A stretch of DNA of 64,000 nt from Squalus acanthias. Its lineage: Eukaryota. Positions 51,811 through 62,961 of the stretch are shown piece by piece. The position numbers were made by a program, and so were the translations under genes. The stretch spans positions 88,786,001 to 88,850,000 of the forward strand of contig CM059432.1 in assembly GCA_030390025.1 (NCBI GenBank), in the 5' to 3' direction. The notes under the pieces were generated by a model. The model searched no databases. It worked only from the letters and a program-made list of their open reading frames with translations, and had not been told where the DNA came from. Numbering within the stretch: the stretch's first letter is position 1; each line of letters begins with the position of its first letter.

Positions 51811-52591
51811 AGTCTCTTTGCAAGCAAAGTTATGAAGGACAGCAACCAAAGTACCAGCGAAGTTAGGATCAGTAGGCAAAACTACCTCACAAAGCATTGA
51901 CTCAATGCAGAAGTCTCTCTTTCTCTCTCTCCGAATCTCTCTCTCTCTCTCAGAACGAGTGGTGCAAAAATGTCAACCACCGAAAAAGACAGGAAGAGGC
52001 CCCCTTTAAATAGCGCCCCCCCCCCAGCCCCACAGCGATTGATAGCGTTCCAGTCTTCCGGTCGTTGGATGCGCCAGGCAGTAAGGCAGGGGGCGCCACT
52101 CAATTTCCGCTCCGGGGTGCCACAAGGGCGTTGCACCATGGAATGACGTCACAATCTGCGCGCGCAGGTGGTCGCGGCGGTAAAGTTTAGCGCCGCCGCA
52201 CAATGTCTAGTTAAGTTCCCGAGCGGCGCAAACATCGCTGTGCCCGGGCGCTAGCGGCTTTGTGCCCCATTAGCGCCCTCTTAAGGCGCTAACGGGAGGC
52301 GCAACCAACTGAATTTTTACCCCTATGACTCTAATTAAACATTTAAAACAATAATTAAAAAAAAATATATATATATTTTTCAAGGGGCCAAAAATAACAC
52401 CAACTTATTTTACAGGTTTTTGAATATTAAAATGATTTAAAAAATGTTATTTTAATATTTATTTTCACCCTTATGCAGGTAAAAGAAGGCCTTATGCCTG
52501 CTTTTACCAAGCATAAGGGTTTCATGGGCATTCGCTTGGCAAGATTTGCGCAAATAGCCCAACTCTGCACCAGCGAATGTCCATTTCCTGT

Positions 52592-54596
52592 TGTAAGGGG
52601 TTACGGTTCAGAGTGCTTGTACTGGGTTAGGCCTTATTGCTTGCTCTGGTCTCCAGCCAACCTTGTAGCACTAAACACCTGTGAGTGGTTCGACCCACTC
52701 GCCCTTACGGTTCTGACACTGGACTTAGGTGCGAGAGCAGTAATGCAGAGAAAACTCAGGTAGACCCGGTTGAATAGTACGAAATGGAAATCTTTATTGC
52801 ATATTGTTCAGAATTACGAAATACATGTCATAAGCACAGATTAATGACAGTACAAGCTTACATACATTTATTAAACTAGGTTTAGGGAAATGAGGAGTGC
52901 ACGACACATCGAAAAAGGGGACACACATTATAATTATCCTTAATAAAACCCCCCTCCCCTATCAATGCCTGCTCTAATCTAGATCTGTAGGATCGAGAAA
53001 CATGCTCACCACTCATGATACCTCGGAGAATTCTAAAACGGCGCTCAGCTGTTTTCGCTGCAACACCTGACCGTTCACGTGTTGACCAGAGGTCTCTGTA
53101 CCCCACTTGTTAATTTGCTTTGCTCCGGCTAGCAGGCTAAATCGTCTGCTGTTATGAAGATCTGTGTTGACCTCGGATTCCCGATCAAAACCTATATAGA
53201 AACATAGAAACATAGAATCTAGGAGCAGGAGTAGGCCATTCGGCCCGTCGAGCCTGCTCCGCCATTCAATACGATCATGGCTGATCATCCAAATCCAGTA
53301 CCCTGTCCCTGCTTTAATCCCCACAGTACACATATCCCACCCTACCCCCGTAACCCCACGTATTTAATTCCCCCTAACATATCCCATCCTATCCCCATAA
53401 CCCCACATATTTAATCCCCCCTAACACTAAGGGTCAATTTATCATAGCCAAATCAACCTAACCCACACATTTTTGGACTGTGGGAGGAAACCGGAGCACC
53501 CGGAGGAAACCCACGCAGACACGGGGAGAATGTGCAAACTCCACACAGACAGTCACCCGAGGTCAGATTCGAACCCGGGTCTCTGGCGCTGTGAGGCACC
53601 AGTGCTAACCACTATGCCACCGTGTTGCCCCTTGTACAGCTTAACAATGTTCATATATTTCGGGCGCGGTCGGGGTTTACTGACCGCGGCGGCACGTGGA
53701 TTCTTCTTCTTCTCTTCTCATCTCATCTCCTCGGGCCTTCGGGTCCAGACACCGTTTACCGACCTTCGGGCTGGTGCACCCGATTTCGCAGCGCGCCACG
53801 AGGTCGACCCCAAAAGGGATCAGCGGAACAAGAGAGAATAACGGTCGTCCGGGATAAGAGCCAAGAGTCGATTCCAAGCGAATGAAAGGATAAGAGTTCA
53901 GCCCGAGTCCATAGTCAGCAGAGATAAGAGTCAAGAGCCAAGAGAATAAGAGAGCGATGGACGTTTGTTGTTTATAGTTATAGTACTCGGTTCCCTTATC
54001 TCCCGCCCAATCTTAATGTTCATCTTTTGTAAAATCTTGGCGCTCAAACTTTTCAGTATGGGGTGATTCTTGTTTGTAATGGGTTTCGGTGACACTTGTA
54101 ACTGGCCAAATACCCGTTAATGTTTCTCCCATTGTGGAACCGGCTGGGAGCTTCCCTGGCGGTGTTTTGGGGGCCTCCGAAATATTTGTGTAAGCACCCG
54201 CGAATGGCTCTCTCATTGTAGAGCTGCGGGGAATTTGCGTATTGATGTCTTTTGGATGGGCCTCTGATTGCCCAGTACAATAGTCCTCACTTGTACATGG
54301 AAAACGATTCCAGCACTTATATCTTTGCTATTGTGTCGAATGCAGACAGGTTGCATCCTGTCTTTACCAATGTTTGCAGAGTATTATCCAATCTTACTCT
54401 GAAATGTTTATTCGAACGCCATCTTGTCTGTCTACTGAAAATTCTAGAAACTTCTGCCACGAGGCGCGGCGGCCATTTTACAGGCTTCTTGTGTCCGTTT
54501 TGAAACATGACAGCATTTCGCTGAAATAAAACTACTTGAACAAAACTGTATCTCTCTCTCGTTATTTTTGAATCGCGATAATTTGCGAATTTTACA
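52592..54596 (-). mobile_element. Solo LTR, same family as 22120-26716, containing a SINE
   Basis: Termini are TGTAAGG...TTTACA with exact TSD CTGT (52588-52591 / 54597-54600). Confidence 0.92.
53196..53630 (-). mobile_element. HE1-like tRNA-derived SINE with CR1 tail
   Basis: tRNA-like head with A/B boxes (tggcatagtgg, gttcgaatc). The body is nearly identical to 58024-58337. Confidence 0.88.
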
Positions 54597-55139
54597 CTGT
54601 GGATAGGTACGATCTGTCAAGAAGATTCTTGACAGATCACAAGTTCCGGGTCTTCGCACATGCGCAGCACATGTGTAAACCCGGAAGTTGCGGGGCACTT
54701 ACGGCATAGGCCCCGGAAAATCTGGGCCAATGTAAGTTGTACCTACACTATTAGAAAAGCATCATCACAAATGTAGGCACTGTTACAATTTATGTGAAAA
54801 CAATTTTCATTTTACATGTCTTTTAACGACAAACATGTGCAGCTTTTAAAAAATACCTTCTAATTTTTCCTGAGCACCACCCATTCATATACTTCCTTCT
54901 TTAGTGATATTGAGAAGCACAGTCAAGGCTGTTGTTTTTCAGTGACTGACGAAAATGTTCTTCCATGATTGATCAACTGACTATGCGGCCTTAATTTTTA
55001 TGGAGGGAGGGGAGCGGATGGGTGTGCGGGAAGTGTACGGGGAGACCCGGTAACGGGCGATGAACTTGACAAGGCTGGGGTCATGGAAGCCCTGCCAATC
55101 TTTACGGCAGGGACTTATTTGAATAAATCTCTGCAGAGT

Positions 55140-58000
55140 CCCACCCGACACCTGGCCAGATCAATTTGCCTATTCATTACTTTGATGCGTACCCACATTT
55201 CTGAGCTAAGATTGCAACTTCTGTTCAATCTCCATATATGGGATAGAGAGTTAATTGCGGAGCTCACAAGTGCAAAGAGCCTAAGGCAGTCAGAAAAGCA
55301 ATCCCCATTGTAGGAAATCATGTTACCTAGGTCGGTGAATTGTGTCATTGATTCCACCGTCTTGGATCGTCATCTACTATGAAGGTAGCTGGAATGATAT
55401 TGCTGTGAAGGAATAAGCCATATAACCTATTCAGAAAAATAGACCATTGTATGAAAGAATTCTGGCCTTATTAAAACATGACAAACTGGGTTTGGAAATC
55501 TGGAAGCCTCAACAATCTAAAGCTGTTACAGCGTTCTGGCTATAGAGATAAGATAGTTGTTGACACTGAATCAATAACCTTATTGAAACAGAAGGTTGGA
55601 GGCTCCTGACGGTCTGAATCTTTGGAAAGAAGACAATAGTGCATCCTGGTTAAGGTGTTCTAAGTTACACTTTGTAAACCGGCACATAAAATTAAGAAAC
55701 ATACGCCTTCGTAAAAATGACATCAAGTAAAAGAAACACCTGCTGTCACACCGTTTTTGTGTTAAGCTTAAGACATACACAGGAGACATAATTCTGTATT
55801 GCAAGCAGCTGAGGTGACTAAGAATTGCATAGATCACCCTAGTTAAGGTGTTCTAATTGCAAGAGCACAAACAGAAGGCCTTAGTAAAAATGACATCAAA
55901 TAGAAACACCTGCTGTTACCCCGTTTTTTATGGTAAGCTTCGGACACCTAGGGTAGAGACACGATTCTTAATGCTACCAGCTGATCTGACTGTAAAAATT
56001 GCAGAAGTGAGCAGAAAAATGACTAGAGATAATTCGCTTACATCAGCAGAAAACCTTAAAGGGAATACCACTGGAAAAGGGTATAAATATTGAGCTCTCA
56101 AATGGGATAATAGATTCGCTGTAAAGGGGCAAAGCGATTCTCAGGCTTCAGAGGCAGCTCTGTAAGTCTACAACTCTTTGTACCTCGGGGATCAAAAGGT
56201 ACTGTTTTTGATTTTGGTGGATATTCTGAATAAGACTAAGAACTGTAAAACTGTAGAGAAGTTAAGATTTGAGAATAAGGATCTCTGATAGAATTGAAAG
56301 CTTTCTCTTTTTGGAACTGTTAATGTTGCGATTGAATCACCAACTGTAAATTACATGTCGGTTCTTTAATAAATCTATATATTTTTAGAATTGTCTCACA
56401 TAATACTTCTGTATCAAACTCCCGAACTCAATCTCTGTACACTCTTTGGTGAGGAGTTGCAGAATTCTGGGGGAGTTTTCCGGACCCTCATAATATCCGG
56501 AACGTTACAGTCTAGCTAAACTTATTAAAAGTGCTATCTGGAGGACGTTAACATCTTCAGGTTGTTCCTTTCCTTTAGGGAGCGATAGTCCAGACCTTTA
56601 GACCCAATCAAGCATCTTTAGTATTCGGCTACGTCAAACTTTAGTTGAAAGTGAACGTCTGAAGAATACGTCTGATCTGGGGTAGCCCTAAAGGGGCTAG
56701 GACTAGTAATAATCCCTTCATTGCGTCCTTGCAATTCCGACTTGTTCCAGTTGACCTGAAGGCAAAGGCTATATGCCTGTTGGTCAAAGAATCGTAGTGT
56801 TTCTACAGTTTCAGCCAAGGCCACGGCCACGATGTCATCAGCAAAGTCCAGATTTGTATACATATAGTCATTGTCTAGGCTGGTTCCACATCCACTTTTT
56901 GCTGTTGTTGACTTCATGATGTAGTCAACACCAAGCAAGAATAAGGTTGGGGTGAAAACACAACCTTGACATTCTCCAGTATTAAACTTGAAGGGCTCGC
57001 AAAGCTTTCTGTCAATACGCACCTGGCTGCTTGTGCGGGCATAAAGCTACCTGATTAATGATATAATTTCAGTAGGGATACCTAGAGATTGTAACAGGAG
57101 CCATAGACACACTCTATTCAGTGAGTCAAAAGCTTTTTTCAAATGGATGTTGGCATTGTATAGCGGCTCATTGTATTTGCACCGTTTGGCTGCCACCTGC
57201 CGTAGTATAAATATCTTTTCAAATGTTGTTTTTCAGGAGTTCTGGAGTGATGCCAAATATGCCGAGTGCTTTTCCATCCTTCATTTGGCTAGAGCTTCTT
57301 TAATCTAATTGAAGGTGGAGGGGGTCTAGCTATATATCAACGTGCCAATTCTTGCATTTTTGGCTCTATTGATGGGCTCCTGAGGTGGAACTCTGGGTGC
57401 GGATGTGAGCAGCTCATGGCTGTACTCCCGCCATCGCACGAGTTGGTCATTCCAATGGATCAACAGGTCTCCAGTGGCAACTGCTATGGGGTCACTTGAG
57501 GGCTAGGTGTTTTTTTCTGCAGTTACTTCACTATTGCATGTGATATTTTGGTGCCATTGTATTGTGCTGCTGTTTCTGCCTCTTCCGATAGTCATGTCAG
57601 GTATGCCTCCTTGTCTCTTTCTGTTGTCTTAGCTCCCTGAGCTGTGGAACCTGGTTGAGTTTTGCCTTCCTACAGCACTCAATCAGGTCGAGCATCTCAT
57701 CAGTGATCCATTTGGAATACTTAGAACATCTACCTCCAAGGACATCTGCTGCAGTGGCACTGAGCTGATCTCTAAAAATGGCCTGGTCTGTCTCCACATC
57801 ACCTGTGGACTCTGCCAGGGCTTGAAAGCGGTTGAAGAGTTCAAGTTTGAAATTATATTTTACTGATGGTGACTTGAGCTTCTTGACATCAGGCCTTTTT
57901 ATTTCTGAGTCGCTGGGGAGATCAGAATTTTTCTTCAATTTCAGAGTTACATAAGCTACAAGAATGCAGTGGCCCGAGTGGCCATACTCACTCGTAATAT
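55140..58000 (-). mobile_element. Decayed RTE-type LINE interrupted by a solo LTR
   Basis: GECQGCVFTPTLF...LDFADDI (56618..57022), ELFNRFQALA...WITDEMLDLIE, and FTDLG at ~55340. Confidence 0.75.
55404..56720 (+). mobile_element. Solo LTR
   Basis: Termini are TGTGAAGG...CCCTTCA with exact TSD TTGC (55400-55403 / 56721-56724). TATAAA at ~56082 and AATAAA at ~56368. Confidence 0.85.
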
Positions 58001-58003
58001 CAC

Positions 58004-58422
58004 ATTTCTGATGAAAGGTCATAGGGCAACACGGTGGCATAGTGGTTAGCACTGTTGCCTCACAGCGCCAGGGACCCGGGTTCGAATCCAGCCTCGGGTG
58101 ACTGTCTGTGTGGAGTTTGCACATTCTCCCCGTGTCTGCGTGGGTTTCCTCCGGGTGCTCCGGTTTCCTCCCACAGTCCAAAGATGTGCGGGTTAGGTTG
58201 ATAAATTGATAAATTGACCCTTAGTGTTAGGGGGATTAAATACGTGGGGTTACGGGGATAGGGTGGGATATGTGTCGGTGCAGGCTCAATGGGCCGAAAT
58301 GGCCTCTATCTGCACTGTGGGGATTCTGTGATTCTGTGACCTGAAACGTTAACTCTGTTTCTCTCTCCACAGATGCTGCCTGACCTGTTGAGTAACTCCA
58401 GCATTTTCTGTTTCTATTTCAA
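58004..58422 (+). repeat. Penelope pLTR-derived sequence whose hammerhead is split by a SINE
   Basis: CTGATGA-a-AGGTC at 58008-58020 and GACCT-GAAACGTT at 58338-58350, followed by the standard pLTR tail. Confidence 0.8.
58024..58337 (+). mobile_element. HE1-like tRNA-derived SINE
   Basis: Head is gggcaacacggtggcatagtggttagcact with B box ggttcgaatcc. Tail is (gattctgt)n. Confidence 0.9.
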
Positions 58423-58429
58423 ATTGCAT

Positions 58430-60252
58430 TTGCCTGGCTTGGCTCAAGTCACTGATGTAAGCAGAGTGTCGGATAGACAACTGGTATGCTTAGATTAAGA
58501 ATGGGTGGACATCACAGTGGACTCTTAAATACTAAAAAATGAATCACAGGATTATGTCATCTATTTCAAAATGAGTCCTTCCATTTGAGGAACTATAATT
58601 GAACTCTCAGACAATTTGTTGCTATTCAAAATCACAACGAGTATCGAGCCAATTTACCAGAGGTAACTTCTACTCTTCCTTCCTTTTGACATCAAAATAT
58701 TTCAAATAAGGATGGTGTACCATCCTCAAGATGCTTGAACAACCATTTCTTGAAGGACAAAATTCAGGATGATACAACTGAGCATTATCACTGAGTCTAT
58801 GAAAATAATGAATAGGATGACATTCATCGAGCTTGAAATATATATTTCCATATAACCATCTATTTTTTCAAATACATAGACAGTGGCAAGTTGTTTCAAT
58901 ATAGGGCACCCCTCCCCAAGCAGAATACTTAATCATCATTGAAGCTGTTTTCAGATGGATTTAGGACTTGCTATGGATTCTCTCAAACCAGCAAGTTTCC
59001 CCCCATCTGGCAGCCATCTTAGAGCAGGAACACTTTAACCTTTGCATGCAGGCCTATTAGCAGCCATTACAATTTTTTTATTTTAAAAATATTCAACTTC
59101 GTATTCAGCTTCTGTAATTATAATTGCTGCCATGCTTGTGCCCATAATGATACCGATTTCACAAGAGAATATTGGCAGCTCATCATTTTCAACACAAGCT
59201 AGAATAATGAACAAATCGTACCACTCTTCTTTCAGGAATTCCTTTTCATATTCCAGGTAACATTGGCAGCTGAGATCTCCGAGAGGGTGGGGAGTGTATT
59301 GGCTCAACAGATAATTGTTTAGCTATGACACGATAAGAAATAACTTTTTTTAATTTATTCATTCACGGGATGTGGGCGTTACTGGCAAAGCCAGCATTTA
59401 TTGCCCATCCCTAATTGCCCTTGAGAGGTGCTGTCGAAGAAGCCTTGGCGAGTTGCTGCAGTGCATCTTGTAGATGGTACACACTGCAGCCACGGTGTGT
59501 TGGTGGTGGAGGGAGTGAATGTTTAAGGTGGTGGATGGGGTGCCAATCAAGCAGGCTGCTTTGTCCTGGATGGTATTGAGTTTCTTGAGTGTTGTTGGAG
59601 CTGCACTCATCCAGGCAAGTGGAGAGTATTCCATCACACTCCTTACTTGTGCCTTGTAGGTGGTGGAAAGGCTTTGGGGAGCCAGGAGGTGAGACACTTG
59701 CCGCAGAATACCCAGCCTCTGACCTGCTCTTGTTTCTACAGTATTTATGTGGCTGGTCCAGTTAAGTTTCTGGTCAATGGTGACCCCCAGGATGTTGATG
59801 GCGGGGGATTTGATGATAGTAATGCCATTGAATGTCAAGGGGAGGTGGTTAGACTCTCTCGTTATAAACTACTTGAAGCTGATTACTGCTCAGAAATCAC
59901 TTATAACGCAAAGTTGTCCTTTTCAGGATGATTGAATAAACTGGGAGAATAGTTTTCAGTGGACTTAGTTTGCATACCATTCACACATTCTTCTAGAGGC
60001 ACACCAACTCTGCATTGATAAGCAAAGACAAATATCTGAGTGGATCTCTTCAGTGGGCAATAGGCGCATTCTCACACGTTGCTCTCAACAGATGGATGTC
60101 CTACTACTGTGTACAAAAATGAAATGCTCACTCAAGCAACTCCTATTTTCCTACTATGGGCCTTAAACCCCATACCACCCTATGTCCTCTCCTTTGCTCC
60201 TCTTAATCCCTGTTTGTTTTCACTGCCTAGCATTCTTATGAGTGGCATTTAA
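58430..60252 (+). pseudogene. Candidate endogenous hepadnavirus-like polymerase (TP-RT-RNase H), heavily decayed
   Basis: Manual translation gives collinear motifs: LPGLA..RV..VDI.WTLK, ITGL, QFVxxxxxNEYR, NNHF, SGKLF, FSQ, KFPPIWQP, VGSVLAQ, NCLA, VINYL, LSFSG, IPFT, STDGCPT and YVLS..LNP. These were compared with HBV/DHBV motifs recalled from memory. Confidence 0.68.
59345..59860 (-). mobile_element. L2/CR1-group LINE 3' fragment inserted in the candidate viral element
   Basis: ORF 59398..59838 (ILGVTIDQKLNWTSHI...YKAQVRSVMEYSPLAW) is the same family as 33935-34565. Confidence 0.88.
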
Positions 60253-60339
60253 GCACTTCATCCAAAGATTTAACCTCAAGTGTCTGTGCACAGAAGTCTT
60301 TGCTTCAGAGAAACAGATGTTACTTCAGTCAGTACCCAG

Positions 60340-61015
60340 ACATTATTAGAGTTGCTTTAACAAATATTTTCTTATTTATTCATTAATATATTTATACTTG
60401 TAAATTATTTAAATGTGAAAACTTAAATCTCAGTACACCAATTAATCACTTGCATAACATTAATTTAGTAAATCAAACATCCACCATTAAAATCTATAAC
60501 TCCTTTATTTGGTCTTGACATATTACATTTATATCATATATGCATCAATTTCTGACATGTTTATTTATGAATTGCTAAATTAGAAGATCCTTACTTTAAA
60601 TCTAGTAAATCCTATGTAAATGCTCAGATTCACAGTTTTCTAATTTAGATGTTCAAATTCATTAATACCTATAATGATCAGTATACAGACTGACCAAAAA
60701 CCATGACTTCTGATGTTTAGATTTACTGAGGGACCCCTAGCTATACAGTTAGCTTGGACTTCTGCAAAATTCTTCAATCTTCCATTTTAAATTTAATCTA
60801 TCAATGCATAAACTGATAGATCCTGTTTCTGATAGTGTGGCTACATGAAATATCAAATTCTTATCTTGGAAAACAGTTTACTGACCGCAGTTACCTTGGA
60901 TGGAATGTCAGTGAACTATAAATCATTGTGGTTGAGTTTCCCATCAACAAATATTCGAATATAGGTTATTTCTTCAACTGGCACTAGATATTTTAATTCC
61001 CTTATTCTACCCAGT
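60340..61015 (+). pseudogene. Candidate hepadnavirus-like core (capsid) gene remnant
   Basis: LEDP (60580)...SYVN (60610), IVWLHEIS..LGKQ..SYL (60832-60897), WLSFP (60929) and NSLIL (~60995), in the order expected for HBV core. Confidence 0.5.
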
Positions 61016-61202
61016 GCATCATAATATAACTGTTGAATATTTATTCTACAAACGGAGCTTTATGAAACTGTTTTTCATGACTGTATTGAACCCACTAGAT
61101 AATTGTATGTATACTTTGTGAGCAGAGATAGAGATGAACTATTTATAAATAAAGCTGGCCTAAATGAATAGTTGATATTGGATTTTTAGCAAGTGAATTA
61201 TT

Positions 61203-62961
61203 GGGCCTGAAATTACGGTGCTTTTGACAGCGTACTGTGTGTATGCTGTCGGAAGCCTTCAGAATGGCACATGCGCGATAACCCGGAACTTGCGATTTGT
61301 CAAGTATCACATTGACAGATCCTTTGCACCCGCTGCAAAAACGCTTTCACTGGTGCAGAGTTGGGCTATTTGCCCAACTACTGCCCAGCGAATGCCCACA
61401 AATCCCTTACGCCTGGTAAAAGCAGGCGTGAGGCCTTCTTTTACCAGCATAAGGGTTGAAATAAATGTTAAAATCATATTTTTTAAATGATTAAAACATA
61501 CACATACATTTAAAAATAGTTTAGGTAAATTTTGGCCCGTTTTAAAATGTATGAATTTATTTTTCAAAAAATTAAATTTTAATTTTAAATGCTTAATTAA
61601 AGGGCCTTTTAATTAATTTTGAACATGGGAACATTTATTTTTATTTAAGTTGCGTGAATTCTTATTTATTTGGGGATTTCTACAATGCTTATGGGGATTC
61701 CATACATAAATGGAATCCCCATAAGCATCAAAGGAATCCCCCTTTTTGATTGGTTGACTGGGCCCACGTGATCCCAGGGACACTTGCGAACCAGGTGCAC
61801 CCCTGAGATCTGTGGGCCTTTAAGCAGGCCCAGGACATGAAGGGCTGAATTTTACCGGCGCTCAGAGTGTGGGTTCGGAGGTGAGTTCGCTGTCAAAATC
61901 GAAATGATTGACAGCGGGTTGGGAACCCGCTGCAAACCCGCCTCCATGTAAGTTTCCAAAGTGTTGGGTCTGCAATTTCAGAACAGACCCGACACCAAGC
62001 GGTGGGGGAGACATATAAGTTACTTAACTGCTTGTTAAGTGCTTGTTTACTACTATTTTGCCAGCCTTTTTCTATTTTTCCACATTTTTAACGGGGTTCA
62101 CGTCGTTCGGAGAGCACGTCAGGTAAGTAGGTCGGGTTCTCTATGTCTCCCCATTGCTGTGAATAGGTGACAGCTGCAAAAGTGGTATGAAAGCTACCAT
62201 TTCAGAGCTGTTCACTTTCCAATGTCAGAAGCTTGAGCCTTCAGGACTTTGAAAACACTTTTGAGCTGTATGCAGTTTGGAAGTGTTTGGAGGAAACTTT
62301 CTATCCACTGTCACCTCCTTGGAGCAACCTCTCTCACCATTGACAGATCGCTTCTGTCATCTCAACTTCAGCTGCCATCTATTCCAGCAACATTGGTGCC
62401 CTTGAGAAAATCTCACCTTGGTCCTCTGAATCCCTCCACGATCAGCCCCAACACCAACATCACCAGGCACACCAATATCACCAACAACAATACCAATCTT
62501 CTCCGCAATCACCTGATAGGGCACAAGGCATCAGCACCCGACAACATTGCTGCCCGGGAGGCCAGCGATGGCATCACCATGGCTAGATTTACTTCACTTG
62601 ATACTGTACACCCTGGCTGCCACATGAAGCGCCAGGTTAACACCACCCCACACCATCACCATAAAGCATTCCTACAATGACCAAGCCATTTCTTTCACAC
62701 TCCTCACCATTGCGGGGGATACCGTTATGTCTCACCATTCACTGCAACTCACTTAACAAGCCCCATTAATGGAAAATCCTTTTTACAGAATGGCTGCAGC
62801 CGGGAATGGGACAGGAACCCGCCAACCACCGCGATCCCGCCTCCGCTGGCGAAATCGCGGCCGACGAGTCCGAAGCTCTGGAGACACCAGGTACTTTAGG
62901 ATTTTTTTTTCGGTTTGGAGGCATATTCTTCTGGTACGCCTCCGACCACAAATTCAGGGCC
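61203..62961. mobile_element. Harbinger MITE with a nested internally deleted Harbinger (~61842-62760)
   Basis: gggcctgaaatt / aaattcagggcc with ATT on both flanks. The nested piece joins the transposase 5' end (PWSSES) directly to its C-terminus (AREASDGITMARFT). Confidence 0.65.

Larger units (their letters stand above)
48105..52323. mobile_element. Near-intact PIF/Harbinger transposon
   Basis: TIR gggggaaaaatt / aatttttacccc with TSD TAT. Both genes have long open frames. Confidence 0.95.
43421..54728. mobile_element. Harbinger MITE split into three pieces (43421-43737, 52330-52591, 54597-54728) by nested insertions
   Basis: Joined, the pieces align as the reverse complement of the MITE starting at 61203. 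Left end is gggcctgaattt and right end is aaatctgggcc. Confidence 0.7.

Noticed and set aside
50722..51897. Domesticated host HARBI1 gene
   Set aside because: It is enclosed by TIRs and a TSD, paired with a Myb gene and has several decayed paralogs nearby, so it is a transposon copy.
58024..58100. tRNA gene
   Set aside because: The tRNA-like head runs into a SINE body and tail; the same applies at 53560-53630 and 63608.
59083..59307. 74-aa - strand ORF in the candidate viral region
   Set aside because: It has no recognisable motifs; the informative signal is on +.
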